A stretch of 64,000 nt of DNA, from the NCBI GenBank assembly GCA_944325595.1, contig CALVAQ010000001.1, forward strand, positions 89,380 to 153,379, written 5' to 3'. The stretch is from Candidatus Gastranaerophilales bacterium (GTDB lineage Bacteria > Cyanobacteriota > Vampirovibrionia > Gastranaerophilales > Gastranaerophilaceae). The stretch's first letter is position 1, and every line of letters starts with the position of its first letter. The translations under genes were made by a program, and so were the position numbers. The notes under the pieces were generated by a model, which had not been told where the DNA came from, did no database searches, and worked only from the letters and a program-made list of their open reading frames with translations. Below are positions 21,601 to 29,064 of this stretch, in pieces.

Positions 21601-22057
21601 CTGCCGCCTCTTCAAAAGATTCTTTGAGCAGGCTGTCATCTTGCTCATACTCAGAAATCTCTTTAAGCACGGAATTATCGGTTTCTTTGTCCTCAAAATC
21701 GCTCAATTCAAACTCATCAACTTTGTGAAGTATAATCGGAGAATCATCGTCATCAACAGTTTTTGATGTTTGTGTATTAACAGAACTTTTAGAGTCCGTT
21801 AAATCTGAAACAGATACAAGTCCCTCTTCCAATTCAAAAGCATTGCCGCATTTTCGGCAGTTTTGTGCATCCGGTACATTCACACAACCGCAGGCTATGC
21901 AAAATTTTAAAAGCTGAAGTCCGCAGCCCTCGCAAAATTCTGCTGTTATCGGATTTTTTGCACCGCAAATCGGGCATACAGTTTTGACTTTTGTATGACA
22001 AAAACTGCATGTCAAAATGTCATCAGCTATTTCTTTTTTGCATTTTGGGCAACGCAT
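18614..22057 (-). CDS. STAND-type P-loop NTPase with N-terminal triple zinc ribbon, acidic linker and C-terminal TPR-like array
   Basis: aa 3-71 contain CPKC..CSFC, CPIC..CEGC and CIAC..CRKC. Walker A is AEEGSGKST (21221-21247) and Walker B is LVIVIDD (20858-20881). About 700 aa of helical repeats follow. Confidence 0.8.
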   Translation of the reverse strand: MRCPKCKKEIADDILTCSFCHTKVKTVCPICGAKNPITAEFCEGCGLQLLKFCIACGCVNVPDAQNCRKCGNAFELEEGLVSVSDLTDSKSSVNTQTSKTVDDDDSPIILHKVDEFELSDFEDKETDNSVLKEISEYEQDDSLLKESFEEAADEIEEVNKNPEEEEEKELDEMILSSDEEETTAEAQSLETPEEKPVQDENKNQEQKPQNAETESKEETEQPEQTQTAETEEENEEPLTEIPNQIADQMKCKNLIVKAVRNPNKFIIGMSAEEGSGKSTVLKYLFADFMHENYAWLWGECSANSQISPYGIFQEMILTFFNMPNFSNMSQDFIKQAKNMLSSTFPALSQEEVFNLFNFLYPHLGSNFEDILINKDTTFALLERIILEISKKAKLVIVIDDFDMIDGASYAFLSHFVDQGYLGENIKLIITYKDNRITQGYFYSEKIAQNQYEDIRLAKLTKTDTNNLIKMFFNGTNPLPQHMFEEIFKYSQGNSAYIEQILILLNEYKAITTDGKAIKYRQTPLEKRVPRNIYEILSYRLKYLEKKQPLAFRTLCTAAIMGNKFNVRLLEIIMKQSPEDFQNTIGLLSASAYISQFNNNIFEFKNTILWKFVYEKAKQNKDFVVLNEKIYDIINSFTLSSNALKALIAQNLNQKLLALNIWTENIKLCAYLGDEHLWTLSQKQCLKIAQEVNPEDNTVIINNIQERLGKLLYKSRPAEAIPYLSNAITNAMKVNNQPKIIELSGYLSKSCSLTGNYNGVIEAINTILKYIETPEKKLETALIKYKKLKAMFCIGNAEEIYNLASIEIIPIVEQALSGLIPNNGISMDVIYETWLECNLIVAMALISQGNKKAFDILAVIDEIVEKNNVDNKNYLQRLQLTKALAYSIQGEIGKSEDILVEFTQQTSKEIVEPEIISMWNFTNILNKIFKREWKNIKQDLYSVVTFANNYNDVLVKNLLKVFLGKVLQEEGNLSRALDIFNEQVTIFAREKIAIGAMLCWYYIAKITLITEGTDKALEISQKAFDVAKNPRISNYYFMVLYQKLMAEIYLIKGDMEAVKMYIEKSLMIIKEYDMKYLKVSLYQLYAKYLEEMVTQKPQNKANYAQNAITTYKKTITLLEGLDLPEQTEETKKNFASFKAFCQLNDIPV

Positions 22058-22155
22058 TTGAAAAAACCGCTTAGCTAAACTGAGATTATTATATTATAAA
22101 GTAAAATTAAATAACATCAGGTATAAATACTAAGATTTTAAATTAAATCTTCAAA

Positions 22156-22737
22156 TTAATTAAAATGTTTTTTTACAATCTGAGAAATCTCAACCAGCCT
22201 TTTGCTGATTTCTGACTGGGAAAGATTGGTTTCCTGCGCTATTTCTTTCTGTTTTTTCTCTTTAACGTATCTCAGATAGAAAATTTTCAGATATTCTTTT
22301 GAAGGGTCATTCTTTTGAGCGACAAGAACAATATCAACAATTTTTTGAAGAATATCTTTTCTTACAATTTTCTCTTCAAAAGAATCTCTCGGGTCTTCAA
22401 TTTCATATACAAAAGATGAAGAAATTTCTTCTGCTTTTTCTTCTTTTTCGGCATGTTTTGCCGGTACGGGATTTATGAGAATTTCTTTTGTGCTGATGTA
22501 TTTGTTTTCACGTCTTCTGACTCTGCCGTTTTCTTTGAGTACAGTCAGAATAGCCGTATTTGCAACTTTTGTCATGTATGCACTGATAGAGTTTATATCA
22601 GCGTTTTCCAGCAAAAAGTGCGAGCGTTTATATGTTTCGGAGCAAAAGTCTTCAAGAAGGTCTTCATTTCCGCTAAATTTGTTATTAGTTTTGATTAATT
22701 TTTCTATAAAATCCCGTTGTTCTTGTAATGTATCCAA
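22156..22737 (-). CDS. Divergent ECF-like sigma-70 family protein
   Basis: Region-2-like DLLEDFCSETY ... AYMTKVANTAILTVLKENGRVRRR and a region-4 HTH LKIFYLRYVKEKKQKEIAQETNLSQSEISKRL, separated by an acidic linker. Confidence 0.6.
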   Translation of the reverse strand: MDTLQEQRDFIEKLIKTNNKFSGNEDLLEDFCSETYKRSHFLLENADINSISAYMTKVANTAILTVLKENGRVRRRENKYISTKEILINPVPAKHAEKEEKAEEISSSFVYEIEDPRDSFEEKIVRKDILQKIVDIVLVAQKNDPSKEYLKIFYLRYVKEKKQKEIAQETNLSQSEISKRLVEISQIVKKHFN

Positions 22738-22795
22738 TTCTCTAACCCAATTCTATATATATACATCAAGTAACTGATAATATAATATCATAGAA

Positions 22796-25432
22796 TTAGA
22801 AATTTATAATTAAAGTTAAGAAATAATCGGATTTGAAATCTTTAACTTTGGGTACGCTTACGTATTTTAGAGTATTTTTAATACTTCTTAATACGATTTC
22901 ATCAATCTGGTCAGAACCGCTGGATTCCAGTACCTGCATACCTTTCATGGTATTGTCCTGAGCAATTGTGAAGGAAACTTTTACTATATTGTTAAAGTTT
23001 ATATCAGCAGAATTTGCCAAATCATTTTGCAAATTCATCTGAATATTTTTACCTGCGGTTTGTAAATATTCCTTAACAGAAGCATCTGCTGCAAGTTTTT
23101 CACTTACCTGCCATGACAGTTTTGTAATAGTAATAGCAGCAGGTTTGTCAGAGAATGAATTTGCCATTGATTTGTTGATATCTTGAGAAACGGCAGGTGT
23201 CTGGTCTTCTTTTTGTGCAGCATTGTTTGTTAAATCAAAGAACTCGCCGTCTTGATTTGCTGTTTCAAGAGCTGTGTTGTCCGGTGTTTTTGAATTGTTA
23301 AAGTACCATGAAACGGCTCCGCCGCCTGCAAGAAGAAGCAATATTGCCGCACCCACAATAATTTTCTTTGTAGCGTTTACAGTTTTTTCAGAAACGGGCT
23401 CTGCTGCGAGTTCAAATTGAGCCGGGTCGTTGCCGTTTTGTTCGGGAACAGTTGTGCCGCTATAAAGAGATTCTATAGTTTCATCTTCTTGAGACGGTTC
23501 TTCTACTGTTTCCGCAGACGGTTCTTGCTGCTGTGAAGGAGCATCATAACTAAATGCCGTAAAATCATCCGGCTGTTTTCCTTCTTCTCCTGCCGGTTCA
23601 CTATCAAGCACCGGTGTTTGTTCTTCTTGCTGTTGTTCTGTGGTATCGTTTCCTTCAGAAAGCAATGCCATCAAATCATCATCAAGAAGAGCTTGAATAT
23701 CTTCATCTGTTTGAGAAAGTTTGTCGGTTCCATCATTATCTTCTTTTTCCGGTTCTTCTACAGTGTTTTCCGTATTTTCAGAAGTTTCTTTTTCCGCAAT
23801 TTCCTCCGGTTGTTGTTCTTCTGTTTCTTCTTCATCATAAACAAGTTCGACCGGCTCTTGAGAATATGAAACCGGAGTTTCTTTTATTTCTTCCTCGGCA
23901 ACATCTTCTGTTTTTTCTAAATTGTCATCATTAGATATCTCAGCTTCTTGAACCGGTTCAACATCTTGTTCGGGTTCAATTTGCTGCAGATCGTCTTCTT
24001 CTGTTTTTAACGGTTCAAAGTCTTCTTTATTTTCTTCAAGCTGCTGCAATTCTGCTTCCGACTCCGGTGAAGTTTCTTCAAGTGTTTCCGGTTCCTGAAT
24101 AAGAGGCAGAGAGTCTTCCTCTTCTTGCAAAAGAAGATTATCTTCGTCATTTTGCAGTGCAATAAGATTTTCTTCTTCAGGGGTTTCAAGTCCGGGCAGC
24201 GTATCTTCTGTATTTAAGTCTGTAAAATCTTCTGTTTCTTTTTCTTCAAGTGATACATCATTTTCTTCTTTTTCGGGTGTTTCGTCTTCATCTGTAGTAT
24301 CTTCGCTTTGTTCCTGATCTTCAGATAAATCTAACAGAAAATCGTTCAAATCATCGGATTCTTCTTCTTTTTCCGAATCATCGGAAACAGTCTCTTCAAG
24401 AAGGGGTGCACCCATAGGCAAAATCGGAGGTAAATCCTCTGAAACATCAAGAGTTTCGGGTTCTTCTTCCGGGTGTATTACCGGCTCTTCGACATCATTT
24501 TCCTGCAAGGATTCTTCTTCTTTTTCTTCAACAATTTCTTCTGTTGTTTCTGTCATGTTTTCTTCCAATGGCTCTATAGGCAGCTCTTCTAAAGATTCTT
24601 CAGAATTTTCTTCTGAAATATAAGGCAGTTGTTCATTAAATTCTGCGGTAGTTTCTTGCTCATTCTCAACAACGCCCATGTTTGCCAGCGCTGCTTCATC
24701 AACTTCCTGTTTGTTGCCTGACAAGACACTAAGTGTGCTGTCATTCAATAGTTCAGGATAGTTTTTGACCTGTGTAACAATTGCATCAAAACCGCCGAAT
24801 TCACAAAAAACTTCACGACAGACGGGACAGGCTATTACATGTTTCATAAAATAAACATTTTCGCTGTCTGATAGCTCGCCTTCCACAAAAGAAGAACACA
24901 ATTCTTTTACTTTTTCATGGTCAGCGGCAGAAAATATTTGTTGTTCTTGTTTAATTTCTGCCAAAAAGACTTTCAGTTCTTTAACAGGCGTCAAAACAGA
25001 AACATTATACGGAAGATATTCAGTGTTTGACTGTACGGGTGACAGGTCTTTTGTCGGCACAAAACCGAGAATTTCGGCAGATGAAAGGTCTTTTGAAAGC
25101 TGTACAACTACATATGCACAGGGTTTTGCATCATATTTTTCCTGAATTTTAGGAATGCAGAAAGTTTTTCCGTCAACGCAAAGTCTTACGTCAAGGCGTA
25201 TTCCGTTAATATAAATATCAGCAAATTCAAGTTTTTCGGCAAAAGAAGGAATGCGATACAGGCTGTGGTTTGTTTCAACTTCGAGACCGGATTCAGAGAG
25301 ATATTCTGCGGCAACATTTGCGATAATATTCAGGGCATATGCTCTTTTTCTGAGAGATTTGTCTTCAATTTTTGTTGAAACAATTTTTGCTTTTTCAATA
25401 CATGCTTTGCTAATATTTACATTTTCTGCCAT
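22796..25432 (-). CDS. Single-pass membrane anti-sigma-like protein: DUF1822-like N-domain, zf-HC2 motif, ~440-aa acidic linker, TM, extracytoplasmic C-domain
   Basis: KRAYALNIIANVAAEYLSESGLEVE and AYVVVQLSKDLSSAEILGFVP resemble the cyanobacterial DUF1822 family. HVIACPVC (24818-24841) is an H-x3-C-x2-C motif. The TM is at aa 691-711 (23300-23362). Confidence 0.7.
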   Translation of the reverse strand: MAENVNISKACIEKAKIVSTKIEDKSLRKRAYALNIIANVAAEYLSESGLEVETNHSLYRIPSFAEKLEFADIYINGIRLDVRLCVDGKTFCIPKIQEKYDAKPCAYVVVQLSKDLSSAEILGFVPTKDLSPVQSNTEYLPYNVSVLTPVKELKVFLAEIKQEQQIFSAADHEKVKELCSSFVEGELSDSENVYFMKHVIACPVCREVFCEFGGFDAIVTQVKNYPELLNDSTLSVLSGNKQEVDEAALANMGVVENEQETTAEFNEQLPYISEENSEESLEELPIEPLEENMTETTEEIVEEKEEESLQENDVEEPVIHPEEEPETLDVSEDLPPILPMGAPLLEETVSDDSEKEEESDDLNDFLLDLSEDQEQSEDTTDEDETPEKEENDVSLEEKETEDFTDLNTEDTLPGLETPEEENLIALQNDEDNLLLQEEEDSLPLIQEPETLEETSPESEAELQQLEENKEDFEPLKTEEDDLQQIEPEQDVEPVQEAEISNDDNLEKTEDVAEEEIKETPVSYSQEPVELVYDEEETEEQQPEEIAEKETSENTENTVEEPEKEDNDGTDKLSQTDEDIQALLDDDLMALLSEGNDTTEQQQEEQTPVLDSEPAGEEGKQPDDFTAFSYDAPSQQQEPSAETVEEPSQEDETIESLYSGTTVPEQNGNDPAQFELAAEPVSEKTVNATKKIIVGAAILLLLAGGGAVSWYFNNSKTPDNTALETANQDGEFFDLTNNAAQKEDQTPAVSQDINKSMANSFSDKPAAITITKLSWQVSEKLAADASVKEYLQTAGKNIQMNLQNDLANSADINFNNIVKVSFTIAQDNTMKGMQVLESSGSDQIDEIVLRSIKNTLKYVSVPKVKDFKSDYFLTLIINF

Positions 25433-25620
25433 TAGTTTTCTCCAATTTTCTTCTATATAAATATAGATTACAGATGTAAAAAAAATATTCCAAAACCATA
25501 AAAAAGGTGTTATAATGTAACAAAATGTTTCATAATTAGACTCATGTTTGAAACATGGAGCAATAAATTTTCTTTCTGCGTTTTATAAGATTATGAAGTG
25601 TAAAAAATAGGAGTGTTAGT

Positions 25621-26025
25621 ATGTCAGTAAACTTTTCAACAATCCAGCCTATGAGTCAGGCAACAATTTCCAAAGCTCCGGCTTATTCAAAAACAGCAGG
25701 ACAACCCGCAGCAGCAAATACACTTGTTGGTCCGGCAGGTACTTATGAACCCAAACAGAAAAAAAGCCGCTGGTTTTTAAAAACTCTTATCGCAGCAGCA
25801 GTAGTTCTCGGCGGTGCAGCACTTTTGAGAGGTAAAGTCGGCGTATTTAAGGATTTTGATGCAGCAGCCAAATTAGCAGATGATGCAAAACTCCTCGACA
25901 AAGTAAAACATTACGGTAAAAAAGCTGTTGCTGTTGTCGGTGATTTTACAAAAGATTATGCAATGAGAGGTTATAACTGGGTTAAAAACCTTTTTACAAA
26001 AAAACCCGCTACACCTGCAGCATAA
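25621..26025 (+). CDS. Small single-pass membrane hypothetical protein
   Basis: A 134-aa protein with a ~50-aa N-terminal tail and a G/A-rich TM (LKTLIAAAVVLGGAALL). RBS AGGAG lies upstream and a terminator downstream. Confidence 0.55.
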   Translation: MSVNFSTIQPMSQATISKAPAYSKTAGQPAAANTLVGPAGTYEPKQKKSRWFLKTLIAAAVVLGGAALLRGKVGVFKDFDAAAKLADDAKLLDKVKHYGKKAVAVVGDFTKDYAMRGYNWVKNLFTKKPATPAA

Positions 26026-26049
26026 CTGACATATAGCTTTTTATAATAA

Positions 26050-26084
26050 AAAAGACTGCCGCTTTTTGCAGCAGTCTTTTTGTT
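26050..26084. terminator. Bidirectional rho-independent terminator between convergent genes
   Basis: AAAGACTGC (26051-26059) pairs with GCAGTCTTT (26071-26079), with an A run before and a T run after. Confidence 0.7.
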
Positions 26085-26171
26085 TAATTTAATGTCGCAG
26101 TTGCCGCCTCAAACCATCTGCTTTCAAAACGGCGGGAGTGAAAATCTTATTACAAATTTTTCCGGGACGGC

Positions 26172-27059
26172 TTATACCCAGTTTTCCAGATCAGGAGTCT
26201 TTTTCCTCCAGTCTTTTGAAACTTTTACTTTTAGTTCAAGATAGACTTTTTTGTCGAGCATTTTTTCGAGTTCAAATCTTGCCTGAGAGCCGATTGTTTT
26301 GAGCATTTTTCCGCTTTTTCCTATCATTATGCCCTTCTGGCTTTCATGTTCAACATGGATTGTTGCAAAAATCCTGTCTATATTCTCTTTTTCTTCATAA
26401 TTTTCTATTATTACAGCGACACTGTGAGGAATTTCGTCTTTTGTGTTTTTTAGAATTTTTTCTCTGATAATTTCCTGTGCGATAGAACGCATGCTCTCAT
26501 CTGTCAAATCATCCTCATCATATATGGGGTCGCCTTCCGGAAGTTTTCTCATTATGGTTGAGATGAGTGTGTCTATATTTCTGCCGGTTTGAGCGGATAC
26601 TTTTGCTGTTGGCATATTTGTTTCAAAAAGCATTTTGTATGTCAAAAGGTTCTGTTCTTTTTTTATCGGGTCTTTGATTTTATCAACTTTGTTCAATACG
26701 ATAATTATCGGAATATTTGTTTTCTTTAGCAGATTTTCGACAATCCATTTGTCTCCGGCACCTGCGGGTTCTGAAACATCAACAAGGAACAAAATCAAAT
26801 CGGCATCAGGGATTGAGCATTTTGCTTCATCCATCAGATATTCACCGAGTTTGTCCAGCGGTTTATGGATACCGGGTGTGTCAATGAAGACAATCTGCCC
26901 TTCTTCGTTTGTAAAAATACCCTTTATTCTTCTTCTTGTTGTTTGTGCTTTGTCTGTTGCTATTGCAATTTTTTGACCGACAATCGTATTGAGCAATGTG
27001 GATTTTCCTACATTCGGTCTGCCCAGCACGGCAACAAAGCCTGATTTAAAATTTTTCAT
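26172..27059 (-). CDS. era: GTPase Era
   Basis: G1 GRPNVGKST, G3 DTPG, G4 NKVD and a C-terminal KH domain (GKSGKMLKTIG). Confidence 0.95.
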   Translation of the reverse strand: MKNFKSGFVAVLGRPNVGKSTLLNTIVGQKIAIATDKAQTTRRRIKGIFTNEEGQIVFIDTPGIHKPLDKLGEYLMDEAKCSIPDADLILFLVDVSEPAGAGDKWIVENLLKKTNIPIIIVLNKVDKIKDPIKKEQNLLTYKMLFETNMPTAKVSAQTGRNIDTLISTIMRKLPEGDPIYDEDDLTDESMRSIAQEIIREKILKNTKDEIPHSVAVIIENYEEKENIDRIFATIHVEHESQKGIMIGKSGKMLKTIGSQARFELEKMLDKKVYLELKVKVSKDWRKKTPDLENWV

Positions 27060-27205
27060 ATCCTTATTTTCCTGAAATTTATTACTTATTTATACAATAA
27101 ACAGAGATTTTTATCATTTTGTAAAACGATTTTGCGGCATTCATGCAATTTTTTTATCAATTTTGTTTTTATTTGTACATAAGTGAAGTTAAGGTAAGGC
27201 AAAAT

Positions 27206-28135
27206 ATGCACATATCTCCCGTTAATGTAAATTATCATCCGTCATATCAAAATATTAGTTACAAAAACAAAACTGTGCAGTCTCCCGTTGAGACACAAAA
27301 AGAGGATAAGAAAAACTCAAAAGGAGCAAAAATCGGTATTGCTGTAGGTGTAGGAGCTGCACTTGTTGCAATTGGTGCAGTACTTGTTTCAAGAGGAAAA
27401 GCTCTTCAGAACAAAAAACTGCTCTCTCAAATTCCCGCTGATTTAAGAACCCGTTTTGAAAAACTGAAAGGTTTGTCAGGAGAAGAATTTACACAAAAAG
27501 CATATGCAGAAATGGTCGAGCATATGGGATTGAAAGGTATTGCTCCCGAGAAAATTGTAATCAAAGGAGCAGATTCTTTGAACGGCGTTCAGGGAGGATA
27601 TTCCTGTTTAAAAAATACTATAGAATATACCGAGGGATTTTCAAAAATGTCGCAAAAAGCTCAAATCGGGCTTTTGTCACATGAATTGCATCACTGCAGA
27701 CAGTTTTCAAATATGCTGCGTACAGAAGGTATCACTGTAGAAAAATATGTTGATGCAACTGCGGAAAACCTGATTAAAAATATGCAAAATGACATTTCCA
27801 ATTTTTCTTTCCGTATGTCATATAAAAGAGCACAAGAAGCGGGAAAACTCGATGAGTTTTTGGCAAAAGTAAAAAAACAGGCAGTAGATACATTTACGGA
27901 GGATGTGAATAAAAATTACAGTCATGTTTTGAAAATGCCAAAAATAAAAGCCGATTCACCGGAAGGAAAAAAGGCATTCGAATATCTGAAAGCTATGAGA
28001 GAATATGAGGGGTTGGACTCAATATTCGGATTTGCATCAGAAGCGTACAAAAATAATCTTCTTGAAGTTGAAGCATATGATTTGCAACACAAAATAGAAG
28101 ACCTGTTTGAAAAATTTATGCAAGCTACAAAATAA
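27206..28135 (+). CDS. Single-pass membrane hypothetical protein with an HExxH motif
   Basis: The start is set at the ATG at 27206. The protein has an N-terminal tail, a G/A-rich TM (KIGIAVGVGAALVAIGAVLV) and HELHH at 27680-27694. I recognise no family. Confidence 0.55.
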   Translation: MHISPVNVNYHPSYQNISYKNKTVQSPVETQKEDKKNSKGAKIGIAVGVGAALVAIGAVLVSRGKALQNKKLLSQIPADLRTRFEKLKGLSGEEFTQKAYAEMVEHMGLKGIAPEKIVIKGADSLNGVQGGYSCLKNTIEYTEGFSKMSQKAQIGLLSHELHHCRQFSNMLRTEGITVEKYVDATAENLIKNMQNDISNFSFRMSYKRAQEAGKLDEFLAKVKKQAVDTFTEDVNKNYSHVLKMPKIKADSPEGKKAFEYLKAMREYEGLDSIFGFASEAYKNNLLEVEAYDLQHKIEDLFEKFMQATK

Positions 28136-28152
28136 AAATCCGCCGGCAGAGT

Positions 28153-29064
28153 TTATTGAAGAGCAAGCAAACCTGCTCCAATCATTCCGGCATTGTTCTT
28201 TGTTTCCGCAAGTTTCACTTTAACCGGTGTGACAACAGATTCTGAATTGATTTTTTCTTCGAGTTTTTTAATATCAACAAATCCGCACATACCGCCGGAA
28301 ATCACAATACAATCGGGATTAAAAATGTCCGTCAGGCCGACAAGTCCGACAAACATGTAATACTGCCATTGTTCAAAGACTCTAAGGCAGAAAGCATCAT
28401 TTTTTTCTACCCCGTCCGTAATATCATAGGTCGTGAGTTCTTCCGGATTTTTGTCTTTATAGATACTTGTACAAAATTCGGGATATTCCAGAGCTCCTGT
28501 TTTGGCGCAGTTTTTTAACCCAGTACCGGAGGCATAGGACTCCCAGCAGTCATATCTGCCGCATGTACATTTTTGTCTTTTGTCGGCAAAAATCTTGAGG
28601 CTTCCGACTTCGAGGGCATTTCCCGTGGAACCTCTGAAAAGTTTTCCATCAGAGACTACACCGCCGCCTATACCGGTGCCTATTGTTACCATTAACACGG
28701 TATTAAACCCTTTTGCTGAGCCGCTTTTGTATTCTGCCCACACGGCACAGTTTGCATCGTTTTCGACAAAGACCTTTTTGTCGGACAGTTTTGAAAAATC
28801 AATAGAGTTGTATCCGGCAGGCAGATTCGGGGTGGAACTCAAAACCATGGTGTTTTCAAGGTTTACGGCTCCGGCAGAAGACAAGCCGATTACATCTATA
28901 TTGTTATAATGTTCTTTTATAATTGATTTTAAAACGGAAATAATCTCTTCCGCTGTTTTTGGTGTGGATGTTTTTTTTATTTCCGACAAAATATTTCCGT
29001 CTTTATCCAGTACGGAATACAATATTTTTGTTCCGCCTATATCAATCCCCAGTGCTTTCTGCAT
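28153..29064 (-). CDS. ROK-family sugar kinase (N-acetylmannosamine/glucose kinase-like)
   Basis: GIDIGGTKI ATPase motif and ROK zinc motif CTCGRYDCWESYASG. It overlaps nanE by 1 nt. Confidence 0.8.
   Translation of the reverse strand: MQKALGIDIGGTKILYSVLDKDGNILSEIKKTSTPKTAEEIISVLKSIIKEHYNNIDVIGLSSAGAVNLENTMVLSSTPNLPAGYNSIDFSKLSDKKVFVENDANCAVWAEYKSGSAKGFNTVLMVTIGTGIGGGVVSDGKLFRGSTGNALEVGSLKIFADKRQKCTCGRYDCWESYASGTGLKNCAKTGALEYPEFCTSIYKDKNPEELTTYDITDGVEKNDAFCLRVFEQWQYYMFVGLVGLTDIFNPDCIVISGGMCGFVDIKKLEEKINSESVVTPVKVKLAETKNNAGMIGAGLLALQ

Noticed and set aside
23378-24700. A long GAA/GAT/TTC-rich stretch that superficially resembles a repeat array or CRISPR-like region.
   Set aside because: It lies inside one uninterrupted 878-codon reading frame and encodes an acidic linker. 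There are no constant-length direct repeats separated by unique spacers.
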